A stretch of DNA of 64,000 nucleotides, taken from a virus. The stretch lies in the IMG/VR virus record IMGVR_UViG_3300031772_000014, positions 1-64,000 of that record, one strand, 5' to 3'. This document shows positions 60,342 to 64,000 of the stretch, piece after piece; the first letter of the stretch is position 1, and each line of letters starts with the position of its first letter. The notes beneath the pieces were generated by a model that searched no databases, was not told the origin of the DNA, and saw only the letters and a program-made list of their open reading frames with translations. Made by a program: the position numbers and the translations under genes.

Positions 60342-61034
60342 TCAGAACTTGATCGTCCAATCCACTTCCAACGAGAAGGCGTTGGTCTTGGATAGGCTGT
60401 CGAAGGTGTCATACGCCACGCAGGTGTTGTGCGGCTGGTTCACGTACGTGGCGATGGGGCTGTGGAGAAAGAGGCCGATCTCGGAGATGGGCACCGTGAG
60501 GAACGGCCCGTAACTGATCTCGATCTCCGGGAAGACCCTGACGAACTTCACCGAGGTCGTGGTCGGGTACACGGCCGGCGACTGCACCTGCCCGAGCCAG
60601 ATGTCCGCGATGTTGTAGAAAGGCGGAGGGTCAGGGACAGCCGGGATGGGGCTCAGGATTCGAACAGGCCGCTCGAGACGGAGCACCGTGGGGTCCGTGT
60701 CGGTCTGGATGTTCGGCCCCGGGTAGTGCCCGGCGGGCGCGGGTGGCGCGGCCCCGAGAGGCGTCGCGTTCGCGACCGCGAGCTGGAGCTGCCTCGTGCC
60801 GCCGATGCCGAGGCCCATGTACCTGATGCCCCGGTCGTCCTTCAAGGTCACGGGGAGCGGGGGCTGCGGGGGCGGACCTCCCGGCAAGGCGAAGTACGAG
60901 ATGTGCTGCGGCAACCACTCACGCCCGAGGTTCAAGAAGATGTTGTGACCGCGGATGCGGCGCACGATCTTGCCCCGAGAGCGCAAGGTGAGCTCCAAGT
61001 TGCTCGCTACCTCGATTAGAACTTTGTCGCTCAT
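60342..61034 (-). CDS. Baseplate/tail-fibre attachment protein
   Basis: HNIFLNLGR, YMGLGIG, ISEIGLF and K...FSLEVDWTIKF are typical of tail-collar/fibre proximal domains. Confidence 0.65.
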   Translation of the reverse strand: MSDKVLIEVASNLELTLRSRGKIVRRIRGHNIFLNLGREWLPQHISYFALPGGPPPQPPLPVTLKDDRGIRYMGLGIGGTRQLQLAVANATPLGAAPPAPAGHYPGPNIQTDTDPTVLRLERPVRILSPIPAVPDPPPFYNIADIWLGQVQSPAVYPTTTSVKFVRVFPEIEISYGPFLTVPISEIGLFLHSPIATYVNQPHNTCVAYDTFDSLSKTNAFSLEVDWTIKF

Positions 61035-61078
61035 CTTGTCCTCTTGATACTACCTGAAGTCCGTCAAGCCTAGTTCTG

Positions 61079-64000
61079 TCAGATGTCGATGACCCTGTAG
61101 AGCGTCCCAGCGGGCAACGCGGGGTGGCCACCTGGCAGGCCCATGTCGAACCACCAACCTACCGCTTCACCGACCGTGACGAGCGCAGAGTGCAGGAAAG
61201 GCTTCAAAGGAAGCAACCCGTCAGGGACTAGACGAACGTCAACCACGTCTCCTGGGTTGATCGTAAAGGCACCTGGTAGCGGCAGCGGCGAAGGCGGCGG
61301 CCCCCACGCGACCGTCTGCCCGTCACCAAAATGAATGAACGGAAGGTCCGCCTCGAGCACCGCGTTGACGGTGATCTGGAGACGCATGTTCGTACTGCCG
61401 AGCGTGGGCTTGCCCTTCAGGTAGATGGCCACGCCCGTGACCGGGATAGCGACCAGTACGGGCCCGTCATCCCGGAGCTCGTGCCCGGTCATCGGCACGA
61501 ACGTCAGGAACTTCATCCCCCAGACGTGCTTCTCGCCGTTGAGCAGGAACTCGTCGAAGACGAAGAAGTCATCGAAGACCATCGGGCCGCCGGCGAAGAT
61601 CTCCGACCCGATGGCGTAGGACAGGACCTCCGGACGGATGAACTCCCTGTCGATACCCCAGGTGACGTCCAGGTCCGAGAGGGGGAACGTCGGGTAGGGC
61701 TGCGTGGGGTCTGAGCCCGTATCAGAGGCGTTGACGATGTGACCGCTCAGCAGACCCGCCGGAGGACCAACGGGACCACCAGGAGCCAGTAGGACGCCGG
61801 GCGACGGGTCCGGCTGGTCGATCATCGTGGCGGAGCCGACCTTCTGCGCGAGGGAGTCGTAGAGGAACTCCGACCAGGACAGCTCGAAGAGCTCGAGGAG
61901 GCCCTTGTAATGAATCTCGTCCGAAACATCGACCTCGGTATCCCCGATTTCAATCTGCACAAGGAAGATCGGGTACGTGTACGCGGGCTTGATTCGGAGG
62001 ATGAAGTTCCTGGTGAACAACAACGACGGCAGGTTGAATGCCGGGCTCTTCACTCGAACCATGAAGCGGTGGAACTTCTCGACCTCGTACAGAAGCCCTT
62101 GTCCCATCAGGCCCTGGAACCATGCCGGGTCCTTGATGTAATCGAGGGCCTCCACGCCGGTCACGAGCGGAGCGAACTGCGAGACCGTGTCGCCTACCGC
62201 GTAGGTCTTACCGGTAGCCGGATTGACCTCCAGCGGGAGCTTCTTCGGGAAGTTGTACGACCTGACGATCTCGGTGTTCTTGTTGTCTTGAAGTAGGAGA
62301 CGCCCCTTGTTCGGGGAGAAGTCGATGCTGATCTCCACGATGGTGCTGTCCTCCTCCGCGAACGGAAGACCCAGCAAGATCTGCGAACCGACCCGCATGT
62401 TGAACACGGTCGGGCCGTTCAGGTACGCGTACCAGAGCCCCTGCACGGCACTCAGATAGTCGAAGTTCGAAGGTAGCTTGGAAAGGTCGTCGAGCGAGAA
62501 GTCCACCGCGATACCGAAGTTGCCCTCGATGGTCGGACGGTTGTCCAGGTACGTGTACTCAGCCCAGAGGCGAGGCACGAGGACCGTGGGCTCCCTCTCG
62601 CCGGTCCCGAGGAATACACTGTCAAACCTGATGCACGCCTTCTCCCTGAACCTCTCGATGTAGAAGTCCGCGTTCCTGCGAAGTACTTCGCTCTCAGGGG
62701 AGTCTTTGATGACACGTTGCAGGAACGGGATGTCGAGGATCACGTCCTCGATGGGCATGTAATGACGGCGGTAGATACCCCAGAAGTAGAGCTCGAACCT
62801 GTCCGGGTACTTGGAGAAGTACGACTGGAACAGCGGGTCTATCTTCAGCGCGACCGAGTTCGCCTCGGCCTTGACGACACCCATGTGGTTGGTGGCCACG
62901 TAGGACACCCCCTGGATGGCCACGTCGAAGACCTCGATGATGGCCCAATCAAACTTGGCGGTCAGGCCGTTGTAGAAGTCGATCTGGGTGGAGGTCACCT
63001 TCATGGGGATGGACCACTCACTGGAAGCCGTGAGGGGGATCTCATCCTTCAAGGTGAACCGCTGGAACCTGAGAGGATCGAGCGGGTCATCCGCGATGCT
63101 CGCGATACGAACGCAGTCGTTCTCAGCGCCGAAGTTGTCGAGAACCAGGAAGTCGTTCTCTTTGATGTCCAACCCGGCCAACGAGATCCCGGTGTTGTAG
63201 GTCTTCGTGCTGGTCGCCGCGCCACCAGATCCGCCGAGCGGCTGGCAGCTATCTCCGATGTTGAACGGACCCGTGGTCCCAGCGACCACCGTGAACTCGA
63301 ACGGGGCGTACACGACAACCCTGGAGGTGGTCGGCGGGAAGGGGAGCAGGGGACCCGGCTCTCCAATCACCGCCGTGCACTTGAAGCGCTTGTCGACCGC
63401 CTTGAGCAGCTTATCTAGCTGCGTCGCGAAGGCACCAGGTGTGACAAGGTTCGGACCTGGCAAGGTCACGACGACGATGTCGTTGAAGAACGGGATCGAC
63501 AGAGCGAGCGTGGTCCCGGCAAAAGCCCCGCCGGCGTTCGGGAGATCTGTCGTGGTGACTCCCGTCCACACCGTGCGGATCTTCGCGAGCTCCACGAAGG
63601 GCTCACGGAGCAGGAGGTCGTAGTGGAGCCACCTGCGGTTGAACTGCCGCTGGATGTCCCGGAGGCTCTTCGAGTACTCGATCTGCCAGAGCGTGAAGAG
63701 CTCCGTGGCGGCCACTTGTGCGGCACCGCTCCACACGGTCTCGATACGCTCCCGGTCTTCGACGAGACGCCAGAAGTCCGAGAGGTAATCCCAGATGAAC
63801 TTCAGGTCAGGCGTGCATCCTCGGGGGAGCACGGACTGCACGACGTTGATGGCCGTCACGGACGGGGCCGAGAAAAGCTGCCCGTTCGAGACGATGAGCT
63901 GGAACTTGTAGAAGCCCGAGACGTCCGGGTAGAAGGTCGGCTTCACGGAGAGCGGCTGGTAGACGCCGTTCTGCGTGAGGACCTTGAAAGCCGCGTTGAC
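61079..64000 (-). CDS. Large baseplate wedge-like structural protein (5' end outside window)
   Basis: More than 970 aa, open to the window end. PKD-like PDVSGFYKFQLIV and C-terminal-domain IKPAYT motifs. Confidence 0.6.
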   Translation of the reverse strand, partial: VNAAFKVLTQNGVYQPLSVKPTFYPDVSGFYKFQLIVSNGQLFSAPSVTAINVVQSVLPRGCTPDLKFIWDYLSDFWRLVEDRERIETVWSGAAQVAATELFTLWQIEYSKSLRDIQRQFNRRWLHYDLLLREPFVELAKIRTVWTGVTTTDLPNAGGAFAGTTLALSIPFFNDIVVVTLPGPNLVTPGAFATQLDKLLKAVDKRFKCTAVIGEPGPLLPFPPTTSRVVVYAPFEFTVVAGTTGPFNIGDSCQPLGGSGGAATSTKTYNTGISLAGLDIKENDFLVLDNFGAENDCVRIASIADDPLDPLRFQRFTLKDEIPLTASSEWSIPMKVTSTQIDFYNGLTAKFDWAIIEVFDVAIQGVSYVATNHMGVVKAEANSVALKIDPLFQSYFSKYPDRFELYFWGIYRRHYMPIEDVILDIPFLQRVIKDSPESEVLRRNADFYIERFREKACIRFDSVFLGTGEREPTVLVPRLWAEYTYLDNRPTIEGNFGIAVDFSLDDLSKLPSNFDYLSAVQGLWYAYLNGPTVFNMRVGSQILLGLPFAEEDSTIVEISIDFSPNKGRLLLQDNKNTEIVRSYNFPKKLPLEVNPATGKTYAVGDTVSQFAPLVTGVEALDYIKDPAWFQGLMGQGLLYEVEKFHRFMVRVKSPAFNLPSLLFTRNFILRIKPAYTYPIFLVQIEIGDTEVDVSDEIHYKGLLELFELSWSEFLYDSLAQKVGSATMIDQPDPSPGVLLAPGGPVGPPAGLLSGHIVNASDTGSDPTQPYPTFPLSDLDVTWGIDREFIRPEVLSYAIGSEIFAGGPMVFDDFFVFDEFLLNGEKHVWGMKFLTFVPMTGHELRDDGPVLVAIPVTGVAIYLKGKPTLGSTNMRLQITVNAVLEADLPFIHFGDGQTVAWGPPPSPLPLPGAFTINPGDVVDVRLVPDGLLPLKPFLHSALVTVGEAVGWWFDMGLPGGHPALPAGTLYRVIDI

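Noticed and set aside
1-64000. Stop-to-sense recoding (TAG=Gln or TGA=Trp)
   Set aside because: Conserved genes are uninterrupted in the standard code, and TAA, TAG and TGA all end genes at coupled junctions.

Overview
This is a 64-kb segment of a large, GC-rich tailed phage (Caudoviricetes), not a cellular chromosome. Minus-strand morphogenesis blocks (1-24.1, 28.8-34.1 and 52.1-64 kb) encode the major capsid, scaffold, prohead protease, terminase, portal, baseplate/tail and lysis-type membrane proteins. They also hold a ~2,130-aa single-chain beta/beta'-fused multisubunit RNA polymerase, which fits the multimeric-RNAP-encoding Caudovirales type. Plus-strand blocks (24.2-28.7 and 34.2-51.9 kb) encode a MoxR-vWA pair and a replication, recombination and nucleotide module: SF2 helicase, UDG, DnaB, DnaG, SSB, PolA, RecA, nucleases, dCMP deaminase and dNMP kinase. 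The main observation is that TTA (normally Leu) appears to act as a fourth stop codon. In a manual scan I found only nine in-frame TTA codons in credible genes, and all nine sit at or within five codons of where the protein should end. Reading TTA as stop removes five long out-of-frame overlaps, splits one false 1,118-aa fusion, and makes two paralogous tail proteins end at the same homologous position. Other notable items are a K-x-A motif throughout the head proteins (a probable maturation cleavage signal), a 131-nt structured intergenic element closed by an 18-bp perfect inverted repeat, and shared promoter- and terminator-like motifs. All functional calls come from motif recognition by eye; no database searches were run.
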